The translations under genes and the position numbers were made by a program. From contig OZ024743.1 of NCBI GenBank assembly GCA_964016885.1, positions 215,450,001-215,514,000 on the forward strand: 64,000 nt of DNA. Reading direction: 5' to 3'. Below the pieces are notes generated by a model that saw only the letters and a list, made by a program, of their open reading frames with translations, did no database searches and was not told the DNA's origin. Numbering within the stretch: position 1 is the first letter of the stretch; each line of letters starts with the position of its first letter. Below are positions 32,961-47,489 of this stretch, in pieces. The DNA is from Eledone cirrhosa. Taxonomy: Eukaryota.

Positions 32961-33663
32961 ATATGCGTGTGTGTGTGTATGTGTGCGTGTGTGTATGTGT
33001 GTATTTATGTGAGTCTACAATACGACCATGCAGTTGCCTTTATATATGGTGTTTTTGTTTCTTTGTGAATTCAATTAAATTCGATTTATCACTTGCAATC
33101 GACTCTCTACATCTGTCTGTTAAAACGCAACGTATTTCTGTCGAAACTAAATCAAAACCAGACATTTGCCAAGTGGTATTTTATTAATCAACTTTATAGA
33201 CGCAATTTGTTCTAGCTAAGAATATGTTTAGAAGACAACATTGGCAGTAATTGACATTAAAAGAAGTGATTAAGCCAGTACATTGCAAATGAAATATTTC
33301 TATTGTTAAACAAATGATGTGAATCTGAAAAAGAAAGGCAAGGTAAAATTTTCTAAACTATAACAAAACAAAAAAGAACAGAAAAAAGTCACGTTTGTAA
33401 TTTGTCTCTTAAATATTGATCTTTATTTCAGTTTTTATTTTATTTCTCCATTTTCATTCATTATCAGTGTCTCCATTATTCTTCTTGTTTTATGTATTTG
33501 CCTTGTTCTTTCTTTCCTATCGTTTACACCCTTTTATTTTTCTTTCTACAGTCTTCACTCCTTTACTTCCTTTCTAGATTCTCATATCCTTCGCTTTTTA
33601 TTTATTTTCTATATTAATGATTGTAATTATTATGATTATTGTCCTTTTTTTGCTGTGGTTGCT

Positions 33664-33730
<67 letters not shown>

Positions 33731-33800
33731 CAGCAGCAGTAGCAGTAGCAGTTGCAGCAGCAGCATCGGTAGTAGTAGTAGTAGCAATAATAGTAGTAGA

Positions 33801-33888
<88 letters not shown>

Positions 33889-33926
33889 ATAGTAATAGTA
33901 GTAGTAATAGTAGTAGCAGAAGCAGC

Positions 33927-33972
<46 letters not shown>

Positions 33973-33985
33973 TCAGCGGCAGTAA
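33664..33985. repeat. Compound (TAG)n/(CAG)n/(TAT)n trinucleotide repeat
   Basis: Direct inspection. Confidence 0.95.
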
Positions 33986-35184
33986 TATTTTTGTAGTATG
34001 TTGATATGAAAAAACGTTCATCAGAGATCCTCGGGAGAAAACGGTCGTTTATTGGGAGTTATATAGGTTTCCGCCTCTTTAAAGTTTGACATTATTACAG
34101 GAATGAGACAAAAGATTTGAGATTAGAAAAACTTTTAACTGGCTGTATTCTTTTGGCAACTATCCATTTGCGATATTTACACGCTTTGTAAGATTACCAT
34201 CTCTAAAGAAGCGGAAATGGATGTTGCCTATAGAGTTGGTAGCTGTAGCATAAATAGCGTAAATAAACACGATTAACAATTATGTTCCAGCCAAACAAAG
34301 TAACTCAGACTTAAATTTATCAAGACTATGGAACATTCAATCGAAGAAGCAGAGTTTCACGTTTGTTATGTACACTTTGTACGATTGACACCCGAACATT
34401 CTTGTAAAAACACTACTTTATAGACATTATAGATTGTAAACGTAGAAGATTCCAGGTAAACAAGCGATTGTTTGCGCAGGCAACAGTTATTTTGTAAGGG
34501 AATACTTCGAATAATTGAATAAGAATATTTGTTGGCTTGTGTGAGTAAAATTATATTCCAGATATTTGGCCCTTTTATGAAAGAGAACGATTTTATTCCT
34601 TTTCTCTATATTGCTTTGAAATTTATTCATGTAAACTAACAATTAATAAAAGCAAATGTTATGTTCGTTCATTTTTACATAACATATACTTTAATATGTA
34701 GGTTTGAAACAATAGGGATGAATCAAAGGCTTAGATTGGTTTTGCTATCGTCATAGTTAATAAATAAAATATTCAATCTACTTTCAGATTTGCAAAGTTT
34801 TGCTGAAACCAAAGCTGTATGTAGGTGTATGTGGTTAGGTCCATTTGTGTGTGTGTGTGTTTGTATCAGTTAATATGTTAGATTATGGTATGATGTTATA
34901 TTTATGGATAATGTCGTTTATATATAATCCTGAATGTGTTATTAGTGATTTATAAACGATGAATAGAGTGTCTGTCCAATCAGATGCAGTGTAGTGGGAA
35001 TTATCTTAATGGTTTGAAAATATATAAGATTAACATAACATTACAGAGAGACAATTGATCAGGTTTTTAGTTGCCAATTTAATGAGGAAGACCATATTGA
35101 AATTCATCTAATTCATGTTTTTATTAACATAACCCGCTATAGGTACACGTATGTATGTATATATGTATGTATGAATATATATAT

Positions 35185-38100
35185 TTACTCTTTTACTCTT
35201 TTACCTGTTCCAGCCATCCGGCTGAGGCCATGCTGAGGCCATGCTGAGGGCATGCTGAATCCATGCTGGGGCACCGCCCTTGTAGCTACACATTTTATCT
35301 CCAGTCTGTATTGGTTGGTCACTGGTGTAAGAGGGAGTTTGTTGCTGCCGCCCTTAGTTTTCCCTCGAGCCTTGCTGTGGGCTCATCCGGGATCCTGGAT
35401 AGCAAAGTGTCGAGATGTTTCTTGAAGACATCCACATCCACACCATGCAGATCTCTCAGATCCCTCGGCAGCTTGTTGAATAGTTGAAGGCCCTCGGACC
35501 CCAGGCTATTGCAATATCTGCTCCTTATTCTAGATGTGGAAGACGGGACCTTTGGCACCACACAGCGATGACCTGTTCGACGGTTGGTCCAGCTCCCAAT
35601 GCCAAAGTTTAATGCTAGTCTCTCCAGGATTTTCCACATGTAGATCACTGCGAATCTCTCCCGTCTTCGTTCCAAGGAGTAGAGGTTCAGTTCTTTTAGC
35701 CTCTCCCGGTAGCTTATCTCCTTCATCGTGGCAATCCTCTTGGTGTAGCCTCGCTGGATTGCCTCAAGCTCTGTGGTTAGTTTGACACTATGGGGTGACC
35801 ACAACTGGGAGAAATAGTCCAGGCAGCTTAGGACAAATGTCCTCCATTGTGTCAACATGGTGTCTCAGTCTCTTGTCGGGAAAGTCCTCAAGATCCAGCC
35901 AGCGAGTCGTCTGCACATTGTCGCAACTTTCATGATGTGTGAGGAAAAAGATGCATCATCGCTCATGTTTATACCCAGGTCTCGTATCGATTTTGACACG
36001 GGTATATCGGTCCCTCCTTGTCCTGCGTAACTGTGTTGTACTGTGTTTTTGTTTGCAGGTTTGTATTGTAGGGCTTGGAATTTGCCAGCATTAAACTGCA
36101 TGTTGTTGTCTTCCGCCCATTTGTATATGGCATACATATCTTGTTGTAAAAGGGCAGCGTCAGCCGGGTTTTTGATTGCCTGTGCTGCCTTAGTGTCATC
36201 AGCATAGCTAGTGAGGGATGTTGTTGCGTGGACTACAGAGGCATGTTTGAGAGAGCAACCAAAAATAGTAGTGGTCCCAGGACTCTGCCTTGGGGCACCC
36301 CACTTGTTATTGATGTTTCCTTTGGGAGGGCCCCGTTTGCTGCGACTGTCTGGTTTATGTCCTGTAACAAGTCGTGCAGCCACTCACCTACTTTTCCAGT
36401 TATGCCAAGTCCGTGTTGTTTGTGACATATCATTCCGTCGACGACACTGTCAAAGGCCTTCGCAAAGTCAAGATATATCAAATCAACATGTGAGCTGTCT
36501 GGCAGTTGTTCCATTATCCAGTCGTAGTGATGTAGCAGCTGTGTAAGACAGCTTCTTCCTGGGCGAAAGCCCTGCTGCGTGCTAGTTAGGCGGTAATTTT
36601 CCTCGAGGAAAGTGATTAGTTTTTTTCTGATGACACGCTCCATGAACTTACTGATATGAGACGTCAGGGAGACTGGCCTATAGATTTCGGCCTCCGCTCT
36701 GCTACCACCTTTACGGATAGGGCATATTGTACCTTCTTACAGTTCCCTGGGTAGTATACAGCTAGCCAAAGAGCTTCTGAAGTGCGTCTTCAGTGGAGTT
36801 GCTAAGGCCCGCTTACATGTTTTTTAAGAGGACTGCTGGGAATCAATCAGGTCCAGCAGCCGAGTCTGTTCTAATTTCATCTATGGCGTATAACACATCC
36901 TCATCCGTTATGTCTATGTGGTTGATGGTCGCCATTTCTTCCTGTAGTGATGTGGCATCAAAGAATTCCCCTGGCTTCGTTATTTGCATGTGCCTCAGTG
37001 GACATGTGAACAATTTTGTACTGTTCATTCAGTGTTTTACTTATCTATTGGGGATTCTCGGTTAATGAACCGTCTGTATGGAAGAGTGGCCCAATCTTGC
37101 AGTGCACCGAGGCAGTTTCTTTTGCAAATTTAAAGAAGGCCTTAGGGTTTGTTTTAATATTTCCTATGGTCCTGCTTTCTTTCTTTTCCCTCTCATTTTC
37201 ATGGGAAAGCTTGAGTGCAATCTCGGTGTCGGAGTAGTGCCCGTTTCAAATAGGATTCCTTCCTGTATTTGTTTTCTTGTTGTGCATTCAACTGGTTTGA
37301 GAGCTTGGTTCTACATCTCATAAGGATTTTCCTATCACTGGGAATAAGAGTTTTGTGTCTGTTTGCCTTTCTCTCCGGGACAAATATTCTGCATATAATG
37401 TGTATCGTTGTCATGAAGTGTTGAAATTGTGTGTTGGTGTCTTGTGTGGCAGTGTTTTCGCTCCATATTTGCTTAGCAATTTCTCTCTTGATCTTTTTCC
37501 GTTTAGCCTTGTAGACATTAAGGCTGTATAACGTGTCGGTGCTTCTTGATGGTTGTGTCTCTGTTGGTTTTCTCGGACCACATATGATTAGTTCTACTAA
37601 GTTATGATCCGAGAAAATTGTTGGTGTCACCTTTACATTGTGGATGAGCACGCCGTTGTTTGTAAAACAGAGGTCCAGGACATTTTCGCCTCTTGTTGGG
37701 AGGAGTACTGCTTGTTCCATGAACAGCCTGTGTGTGAGGGCCATCAGGGGCTCCGTCTGTCTATGTTCTATTGACGTCATTCCAGGGAGGAGGTGGTCCT
37801 CAGTCCATTTGACCTTTGGTAGGTTGAAGTCTCCCAGCAGTAGAATGTTGAGACCCTGGTCCAGTTTGTCAAGGACCTATTCTACCCTACAGAGACTATC
37901 CCTAAATTTACCCTCATGACTGGCGGCATCGGGCGGCCAATATGTGACACATATTACTGTATTTAATTGCTTCATATGTGATACACTGTGATACACTGAT
38001 AGTGTATCACAGACTGAGTTTGAATATGTCACAGTACAATTGGTGTTACATCACGGATATACAGAGCAACCCCACTATGGGTTCTCTCCTTCCTGTCCGA

Positions 38101-39160
38101 ACGAAATAGAGTATATTTCGGTATATGTATTTCTGCATCTGCTTTACTGCTTGTCAGGTGCGTTTCGGTTAGTGCCATACATAATGGTTGATTGCGTATG
38201 GCTAATTCCAGGTAGGAAATTTTACTCATGATAGTGAGATTCACCAGGCCTCTGACATTCAGCAGCAGCACTGGTGTGACTTTTGGGGTGCCAGCAATGG
38301 CTGTCGGTATGACACCTGGACTGGTGTCAGCGGCGGCCACTCTGGGTCCCTTAATTGTGGTGGTCTCGAGTGCTGGTGTGGGTGACCCTGGCTCTGAAAA
38401 CGATGCAGCCAGGTCAGCTGTCCCACAATCTTCTCTGCCATCACTAAAAACTGTGTCTGCTCTGCTGCTCCCATCTATATCTCGTCGGCATGTGCGTGTC
38501 TTCTCCTTGTTGGAGCGGCACGCGCGCCATCAGCATACTTCTGGAGCGGCTTGTTTTGGCTTTGGCTAGGGCATGTTGCGCGAATAGGATGGGCATAGTT
38601 CGCTTGGGGCCTGGGGTGAGCGAATCTGCAACCCATCCATGTCTCCACGCCAGCTGGTCCCGTTCCTGAAGAACTTGCACGTTACCTGGGCTTTCTTGCT
38701 CCTAGCGTCTCGGTGCTTTCTGTTCTTCCTTTGGACAGTTGTCCACTGATCCCTCTCCGCTTGGTTCTCCTTCGGAAGGTGATTTCGCTTCTCACCTTTA
38801 CCGCTTGCTTTATTGGTTTCACGGCCTGCCCTCCCAAACTGTGGTGGCGGGTATCTCATTTGCTTTCAGATCCGTGCTTGTGCTTTCTTCCTTTTCTTTT
38901 TCTTCTCTTTTCTCTTCGTTTTTCTCCTCCTTGAGGACACGGCTTAGCATCGCCATATGTGGCACTATGAGGACTTAGGCCTTCTCGATTTCTTTTTTTT
39001 TTCCTTCCTCTCTGAGTCCTCAGAAACCTATGTTTCTTCAGGGTCTCTGCAATCTTTTTGCTTGGTGGTGACCCATCATCCAGGCTCCGCCCCTTGATCA
39101 AAAGCGCTAGTTCCATCTTTGACCAGTTTCGCTGACTTCTTGTATGCAGTCTATTTCGCT
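35185..39160 (-). mobile_element. Decayed, near full-length CR1/L2-group LINE (ORF1 with CCCH-like finger; ORF2 APE-RT)
   Basis: Motifs: VLLLNVRGL..LTETHL (APE), SDHNL, SAAGPD, QQGFRPGRSC, YLDFAKAFD, SGVPQG, SYADDTK, LERRR, PDEP..AATNSL. ORF1 has 'CKFFRNG'. The 3' tail is (AAAAGAGT)n-like. Confidence 0.9.
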
Positions 39161-39199
39161 GTAGAGGGGAGAAGGGAGATATCGGGAAGGGTAGTGGGA

Positions 39200-39265
39200 A
39201 AGGTTAGAGAGGGACAGAGAGAGATATAAGTCCGGTGAGATAATTAAGGAGCGATTTAGAGGGAA

Positions 39266-39305
<40 letters not shown>

Positions 39306-39680
39306 CTTGGCCGATCTAGAGAGAGAGAAATAGAAAAAAAGAAAGCGGAGAGAGACAGAAGAGAGGAGCGAGAGAGATAGCGGGAAGAGTGGGGGGAAAG
39401 GTTAGAGAGAGAGAAAGTGAGATAGATATATAGATAGATAAATCCGCTGAGAAATTCAAGGTGAGATTTAGAGAGAGAGAGAGAGCACCTGTGATCTAGA
39501 GGGAGAGATATAGAGAAAGAAAGAAGGAGAGAGATAGGAAAGAGACAGAAGAGAAACAGACAGAAACAGCGGGAGAAATAGCAATCCAGGGAGAGAAAGA
39601 AAGAAAGTAGGAGAGCGACAGAGACGGCGTGAAAAAATAGCAATGCAGAGAGATAGAGATAGGGGGGAGAGGCATAGAAA
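39200..39680. repeat. GA-rich low-complexity repeat
   Basis: Direct inspection. Confidence 0.8.
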
Positions 39681-40624
39681 CATGGGCCGTTCAAAGACAA
39701 CTATAAATATTAATAATTAATATCCCCAAAAGAATATTTCGCGATTAAAACACCAAAAGAATGTGAAAAACAAATGATATCAACATTAAAAAAAAAAAAA
39801 AAAATTAAATAAATTAAATTAATGAAAACCAAATAAGTTAAGTTAAAGATATAGAACCGCCCAGGTTAATATAACTTGATTTTAAATGTAGGTATCGGTT
39901 TGTTTACAAATATAAATAACAGCAACCGTATATAGTTAACCTTAGTTATTGTAATATCAACATATCAAAAACGACAACAAATATACATGCTCACCGAGTC
40001 AAAAATAAAAATAATTTTAATTATGTTACTGAAAATAAAACAAAATAATTCAAAATTAAAATAAATTAAATTACGTTACTTGACTAGTTTCTATATTCTG
40101 TATGGCAGACTAAGAAAGCACATGTGTGTGCGTGTGTGTGTCTCTTGTTTTTAGAAGAATATGACAGTGAAAATAAAAACATTTAAAACGCTAACATACG
40201 TAAAATAATCGCGTCAAAGTACAGATACTTATCTCTTTCATAGGTTTTTCTCATTTTCTGAAAAAGTACAATACAAAATTCCGATTTCAGGAAAGGAAAG
40301 CACATCCGTATCAACAAGCTCTCACAGAGGTGAGAAAAACCACAGACCCTCCATATCAACTGTACCTTTGAAAAGCAGAAGAACTGCGAAAGGACCAAAT
40401 AAATATATATATTTAAAAAAAAATAAGATTCCAGTTGTATTTTTAATTTCATGTTTTTTTCTTTATATTTTCACTCGTGTAGGACACCTCGGTTATTTTT
40501 CGTTTTGTAAAAAAAACCCTCACTTTCTAATATACATATGTATATATATATATATATATACATTCATATATATATATTTGTATATATATATATATATATA
40601 CATACATATATCTACAACCAAATA

Positions 40625-40778
40625 GTGAGTGTATTCTAGAGTTACGGCCCTTTATGTACTGAGTTCAAATCCGGCCGAAGTTAAGTTTGCCTTTCAACTT
40701 TAGGTGGTCGATAAAATAAAGCCCAAGTAATCTACTGTGGTAATTGCTGGCCTTCTGCCAAAAATAGAAACAATTATT
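40625..40778 (+). mobile_element. SINE fragment (Deu/Nin-like family)
   Basis: 'gagttcaaatccggccgaagttaagtttgcctttca..ggtcgataaaataaag'. Confidence 0.7.
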
Positions 40779-40861
40779 TCTGGCAATATTATAACAATAT
40801 GGCGCACTCCCCAAATATAACAATATATATATATATATAACAATATATATATATATGTATA

Positions 40862-41557
40862 TATGAAATTTATGGAGAATAGAAATGGATGTGTAGTTGC
40901 TATTTAAGGTAACTTAAAATCCAGTAGGTATACGAAGAAAGCAAGAACAGTGGGGGGCGGTATTCCTCTTCAATTGTCTACTGGGAGTCTAGGATATTTC
41001 TACGCTTTAAAGACAAGATACCACTTCAGCCCAGGTCGTCAATAACTGGATAAGTTATTGGGAAAATGAATGAAGGAGGGAAGGAAAGCAAAGGGGAAGA
41101 AAAGAGAAACAGTAAGAAAAGAGCGAAAAAACCCCACAAAATGAGCAATGTGCGAGCAACTATAGGTAGTAAATCCAAAACCAGTCGATAAGAGAACACA
41201 AGTCATATCGCCGCAGTTGTAAGTGAGAAGAGAACTGCTAAACGGTCAGTCGAGGGGTGAAAGTGAGAGGGAGAAAGAGAGAGGAAGAAAGTGGGATAAG
41301 AGTAGAGAGGGAGAAAGGGGGGGGGGGAGGGGGGATAGTAAAATGTGGCGAAATAGGAAGGTAGAAGGGGAGAGAAGAATGGACACACCGAAAAACACGA
41401 TGAAATATATGGAGTATAGAAATGGCTGTGTAGTTGCTATTTAAGGTAACTTAAAATGCAGTGGGAATACGAAGAAAGCGAGAACATAGGAGGGGGTCCT
41501 CATCAGTTGTCTACTGGGGGTCTAGGATACTTCTACGCTTTAAAGACAAGATACCAC
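40862..41557. repeat. ~160-bp direct repeats (40862-41025 / 41400-41557), pseudo-LTR-like
   Basis: 'atgaaat.tatggag.atagaaatgg...ctacgctttaaagacaagataccac' occurs twice. 'tcatcag' (CTGATGA on - strand) lies in the second copy. Confidence 0.75.
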
Positions 41558-41723
41558 GTATATATAAATATAAAACTGAATACTAACTAATACTTATTAC
41601 TAATTTATACTTATTCCTAATTAAACTATTTTTCACTGGGAAAAATTTGTCAGCATTTTCTTTTCTATTTTACTAATATATATATACATATATATATATA
41701 TATGATATATATACACACACATT

Positions 41724-41780
<57 letters not shown>

Positions 41781-41781
41781 G

Positions 41782-41821
<40 letters not shown>

Positions 41822-42135
41822 CGAGTAGGAACCCGACGGCTGAGTTCAAGCCGTTTCGACGGCTAATTCTGGACTAAAGTGGACATATTAGGCTAGAATT
41901 AGCTTGAGCTCAGCCGTCGAGGTCCTACTCGTTCTTATTTCCCACTCTACTACCCTAGGTATTGAGTACTTTGGTGCGTTAAGGTCCATCTGGTTCCTTA
42001 CCACATTTCCTACGTTATATATGAAAATGTAATCTGAGTTTTTCGAATATAAATGACAATATTCGATTCGTTTGCATATATGCAAACAGAAATCGAGACA
42101 CTAATGTTTCTGGGTAATATATATATTTTTATATT

Positions 42136-42210
<75 letters not shown>

Positions 42211-42484
42211 AAACATGTCTATAGAATCACTAGATAAAATATATACCTTTTCCTCTCCCAATTAGCATAATTAACCATATAAAAATCAATTAGACCAAGC
42301 TATAAGAATAAAGGCTCCTATGAAGAAATCTCCGACAAATAACCGAAAGCAGCCCCTTCGCGGTGGTTACGGCGGAGTATTTATCGAATATTTCGACAGT
42401 ATGTATAAATCGACCAGATATACAGTCAACTAAACAGAATTAGGTATAAAATAAAGTAGAAGAAACGTGTACATATTTAATTAC

Positions 42485-42558
42485 CTCTACCATGGTTTCG
42501 TCCGCATTTTAAGACATCCGATAACATAGGATATCTAGAGCTTCGGATTCATCAGGAA
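42485..42558 (-). ncRNA. Canonical-core HHR 3' of a PLE ORF
   Basis: Minus strand: ttc-CTGATGA-atccg...cggac-GAAA-ccatgg-TA-gag. Confidence 0.7.
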
Positions 42559-42719
42559 TTTAGCTCAAATTTAGACAATTAATTTTCCAAAGTTATCGCG
42601 CAAAGAATACATTCAAAAATGGCTAAGAATCTAAGTTAGCTATAACTATTTAACTTGTTAGCTCTAAGTTAAAGTGGGAATAGATGACTATGTTGGGTCA
42701 AATATTCTGTTGGCGAAGG

Positions 42720-43980
42720 AATTAGCCTTTCGATGTTGACAGCTAATAGTTACCTCCGTTCTATCATTAATCGGTAGAGGACGTGATAGAGTTATGTAAT
42801 AGGCTTCGGTAAGACAGAGATCACAAGAGTTTCTTCGTCCATTGAACGGTTGGGCTCTAGCCAAGATATCCCATGTTAGTGAGTCTTCAATGTTGGTTAA
42901 TTTAAGGTTTTTAATGAGCCTAGCTAGATATATCTAACATCTATTGCTAGGGTCTCGGAAGGAAAATAAGAGCGCGTTATGGCGTACTTTAAAAGGGTTA
43001 GAGGTAGAGCCAATATAGGAGCTGGTATGCGATGCTGTTTTAACTGTGCACCTATAAACTATATTGGGTGTAAGGCATTGTCCGTTTAGTGGGCATGCAT
43101 TAGGGTAACGGCAGTTAGAGTTACTGCTGCGGTTAGTGAGAGTAGGGTTGTTTAAACTATGCGGTTGGTGCGTGATAGAAGGATTAGATGGGGGAGGTTT
43201 GCTGCTAGAGTAAGTATTGGTGTAGTGGCGTGGTGTATTTGAGGGTGGTGGTAGTACCGCTGTGTGGGAGTTATACTATGTTAGTTTATGATAGTTACTG
43301 AATGCGATGTGGCTAGCTAGGTTAGGTGTTGTGGAAAATGAGATTTTAATGTTGTATTTTTAAAGAGTTTGTAATATCTATGGTTGGGGGGGGGGGGGCA
43401 TGAACTGTTTAGATAGGATAGAGAAGAAGCCTTTAGGGATATTAGTGGCTAAGTTAGATGAGAATGGGCGGTTAAGCCAGGTGATATTTCTAGGCCTATT
43501 CCTTCTAGGGTTATTATTACCTGGGCGTTTGTTATTTGTCATCCCATTGCTCATTCCTACTCTAGGGTTGATTTTGAGTCTGCTACTTGGAGTGGGAAGT
43601 AGGCCTCTGCCACCATTAAGGTTCCCTGTATAGGTGCTGTTACTGCTAAAATTCCTGCGAATCTGGCTATATGCTAATGCATTTCGAGTTGTAGTGTTAA
43701 GTTTATTATGGTTGTTGTGAAGTGTAGTGTTATGGCATTTAGGTATGTAGTAAATGGAGTGTTCATGACCAGATTCAGAAAGAGCCTTATTATAATATGC
43801 TGCATGGTTTATAAATATCTCCTCATTTGCGGATAGCATGGATATCCTATATGAGATAGATTTGAATTCTGCTCTGATGACTGCCGGTGGGTGATTAGAG
43901 TTTGGGCTAACATATGTAAGTATTTCACGTGGTTTATGATAAGGGTAATTACATTGTCCCTCACTTAAACTCATTACCAC
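42720..43980 (-). pseudogene. PLE ORF remnant (thumb/CTE + GIY-YIG), third family
   Basis: YHKP..YV..SNHP, WLNRPFS, NCRYPNACPLNGQC, SYIGSTSNPFK, WDILARA, CDLCLTE. Confidence 0.85.
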
Positions 43981-44247
43981 TTCTTAACTATAAAGCACCT
44001 ACAATTTCTAATTTCTCGAGGAGATACTTCCCCTAAAACCATCCTCTAATTAGTAAGATAAATATGTCCTTTGGCGGCCATCTTGTGACCCATAAGCAGA
44101 TCTCACATAATGCAGCCTCGACAGAAGAATATTGCTCGCCTAGGGCAGACAATATATATACACAGGACACCATAGTGAAATACCAATATATGGAACATTA
44201 CATTCATGTAACCATCTTTCTTTACTTTAATTTATATTCCTTTTGAA

Positions 44248-44366
44248 GTTCCGATGAACTGCTTCAATTTTACCTAAGTTAATTGTCTTCAACTGAACCA
44301 GATCAATAATGATCTATAATCATTTGGTCCAGAAACATTATATGGAGTAGCGAAACAATTGTAAAC
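44248..44366 (+). ncRNA. HHR, U4C variant, ~95-nt stem II
   Basis: gtt-CCGATGA-actgcttca...tggagtagc-GAAA-caattg-TA-aac. Confidence 0.6.
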
Positions 44367-44488
44367 GGACATTATTAGTATTATTATTATTACTGTTTAC
44401 ATTCCTTACATTAAACTAAAACTATGTTGACAATATTTTAATAATGTCTTCCATGTGACATTTGGGTCTTGATTTGCTTAACTAATGA

Positions 44489-44575
<87 letters not shown>

Positions 44576-44650
44576 TCCCAGACAAGACTCAAAGTCTTCC
44601 TGATCCGCTGATCCGCAGACCATTGTTAATACAACAGAAATCAGGGAGAC

Positions 44651-44707
<57 letters not shown>

Positions 44708-45454
44708 ATGTGCATGTATATGTGAACGTGTGTGCGTTTATCTAATACAGTTGTGATCTATGCGCACATGTGTGCACACATATATGAACAGACTTAGTGA
44801 AATGAAATCAATAAATGTATTAGCTAACTATACGTGCTCATATTAACTAATGTTTGAAAATTACATATAAAATATGAAATACGAATAAAAGCGTAATATA
44901 TTTGCTTGATATATCTGAAGCCATGTTATTTATATTAGCATACATAATTTAGTCTGACATAATAGAGGTCTAGATGACATCTTTCGTTGTTAGTATGTAT
45001 TATATGCTTATAGGTTGATGTTCGTTCACGATAATTGTAAATAGTTGAAAACTCACAATAGGTTGCTATGGGAAGGAATTACATTTTTATTTATTCTATT
45101 CCGAGATATAATATATGATATTAAAATGAGTAGATATTTATTATGGTTAATATAGGATTGCTGTTTTGACTATGAATCTTCTTATCTATACTTTCGTATT
45201 TGCATTTTATATTCATTGGCAGCAAATTTAAATTCGCATATATCACCCCCAAAAATTGTTAAAGTGTCATAAGGATTATAAAATGTCTGCCACCAAATAT
45301 AAATGTCTCTATGTGTCACCAACTCTAACTTTCCAACTATTTGTATACCTATTTATCTATCTATCCAGGTATCTATCCATTTCTCTATCACTCTTTCTAT
45401 CTACCTATATATTTCTTTATCTATTTGGCAATCTGTCTACGTCTCATTATATCT

Positions 45455-45632
45455 GGCGGTGGATTGGCAGTATCCGTAGAGGCTCGGACGCCATGCTTTC
45501 CAGCATAGTTACGTCCCTTTATGATCTGAGTTCAAATCCCGCCGAGGTTGACTTTGCCTTTCATCCTTACGGGGTCGATAAAATAAAGTACCAGTAATAC
45601 ATTGGCCTTGTGCCTAAAGTAGAAGCAATTAT
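45455..45632 (+). mobile_element. tRNA-derived SINE (Deu/Nin-like)
   Basis: Same family as 6545-6735; B box 'gagttcaaatcc'. Confidence 0.85.
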
Positions 45633-47489
45633 ATCTGTCTTCTTACCTATATAATTAACTGCTGCTATCTATGCATCTACATTTACCAAGGTATCTAGAA
45701 AACAACAAAAAATGAATCACAATGAAAGTTCAAGATTAAATAGATATATAGATAAGACAATACTATCAACATTCTTATTTAGTGGGTATATGTTTGAAAC
45801 CGATTAAAAGAAATATAGGCATATACTATTGTAATTGATTTAAATCAATCTAAAATGATATACATTAATGGCCGGTGTAACAATTGACGGAGGATTAATT
45901 AAAATATAGGATTCTAACTTCTTTACATAGGAAGCTGTATTCAATTAAATACATTTTTACTGTACATACCGTCATTTTTTACGGGTAATTTGTTAGTAAA
46001 TATATATACTGATAACGGCTTTCCCACATTTAAATATAACCTGAATATTGAACCTTCGTGTTTATTCTCTTATGGAACATAAAACTTCATAAAATTTAAT
46101 TCAAAGTTTCATTATTAAAAACTCTATGGGAATATTCTTAGCATTGATTCTAACGGTGATCCTTGAAACATGTATCCTTATTGTTTCTAGAATCTGTAAT
46201 TTTGACTGAAGTTACTAATTTCCGAATATTCTATTCATTACGGTGTAGTCAAAAGAAGTTATAATTTATGCACCGCAACTTTAGAAATTGATATCTTCAT
46301 TTTTAACGTTGTTTGTCAATCATATTTCACTTGAAATGGATAATGTTATTGATATAACCACGTTCATCAAAAACTAATTTATTTTCAACGCTGTAGTTAA
46401 TTAGATCATCTAAAGCACGTCATCAATGTTTGCTGTAATAATAAACAAATAAACACGAATGTTGTTTCTATTCAAGGTATTTGTAATGTTATATCTCTAT
46501 AAAACAAAGTGAGCTCCTGAAAGGTTTCTAAACCTTCATTTCAATCTTGCCGTTTCGGCCCAAGTTTGTTTGATGTAACTTTCATGAAAAGCGAGATTTT
46601 CCTTGAACAAAAAACATGAAAAAATAAACAGAATATGTTTATTATTTCAGTTTTATTCTTTATTATGTTTCATGATTTGCTTGTTCTGTTTTGTTTATCG
46701 ATTCATGTTCATGTTACACTTTGAAATCCATGGTTTCTACACAGAAGCAGATGTAAAGCCATATTTAATGTTAAACATTAGCAATACTTTGATTTTTCGC
46801 TTAGAAGCAACCTTCAGTTTGGCGTTCATTGCAAAATGTTGATACAAATATTAAAATTGAACATTCCATATAAAATGTTAGAAATGTTTTTCTATTAGCG
46901 AAAATGAAAAAAAATCTGTTTAATATAATTTTATCGATTGCTCTACAGGATAAGGTCAATTTAAGTTTTACATCACGTACTCATAACATACAACAAAGAA
47001 AATATCCGCCTGACAGATCCCTCGCGAGTGCTACTGGTAACATGTAACTGAGTACAACATGTAATTTGACCGGGTCGTTGGTGATTAATCCGGCAACCCC
47101 AAAAAGCTTGCTTGGTGAGGCGGGTGATATTTGGACACCCCACTGAATTGAAAACAAAAACATAGGGCAGAGGATCTCGCGAGAGACAACGGCCATCCAC
47201 TAGTGTTTATATATGTGTTTATTATGTTTGCTTGTGTCTTTGGCTGTGTGTGTATGCATATAACGTTTAATCTTTCAACTTTCTTTTAACTTCTGATATT
47301 TTATGTTAGAATAATGTTATTCTATTTTGTATTTCTTAATACACATTGTATATTATTAATTTATTTTTTCAAATTTCATTATATGGGCTGGGATAAAACA
47401 ATTCCGCAGGCAAATTATTGTAAGCGGCTTTAAGAAGTGCAACCGGTCACAAAATAGAGCTCCATTTGTTAAAATAAAATGACTAGATG

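Noticed and set aside
33614-34021. Poly-Leu/Ser/Val ORFs
   Set aside because: Trinucleotide repeat artefact; no splice or coding context.
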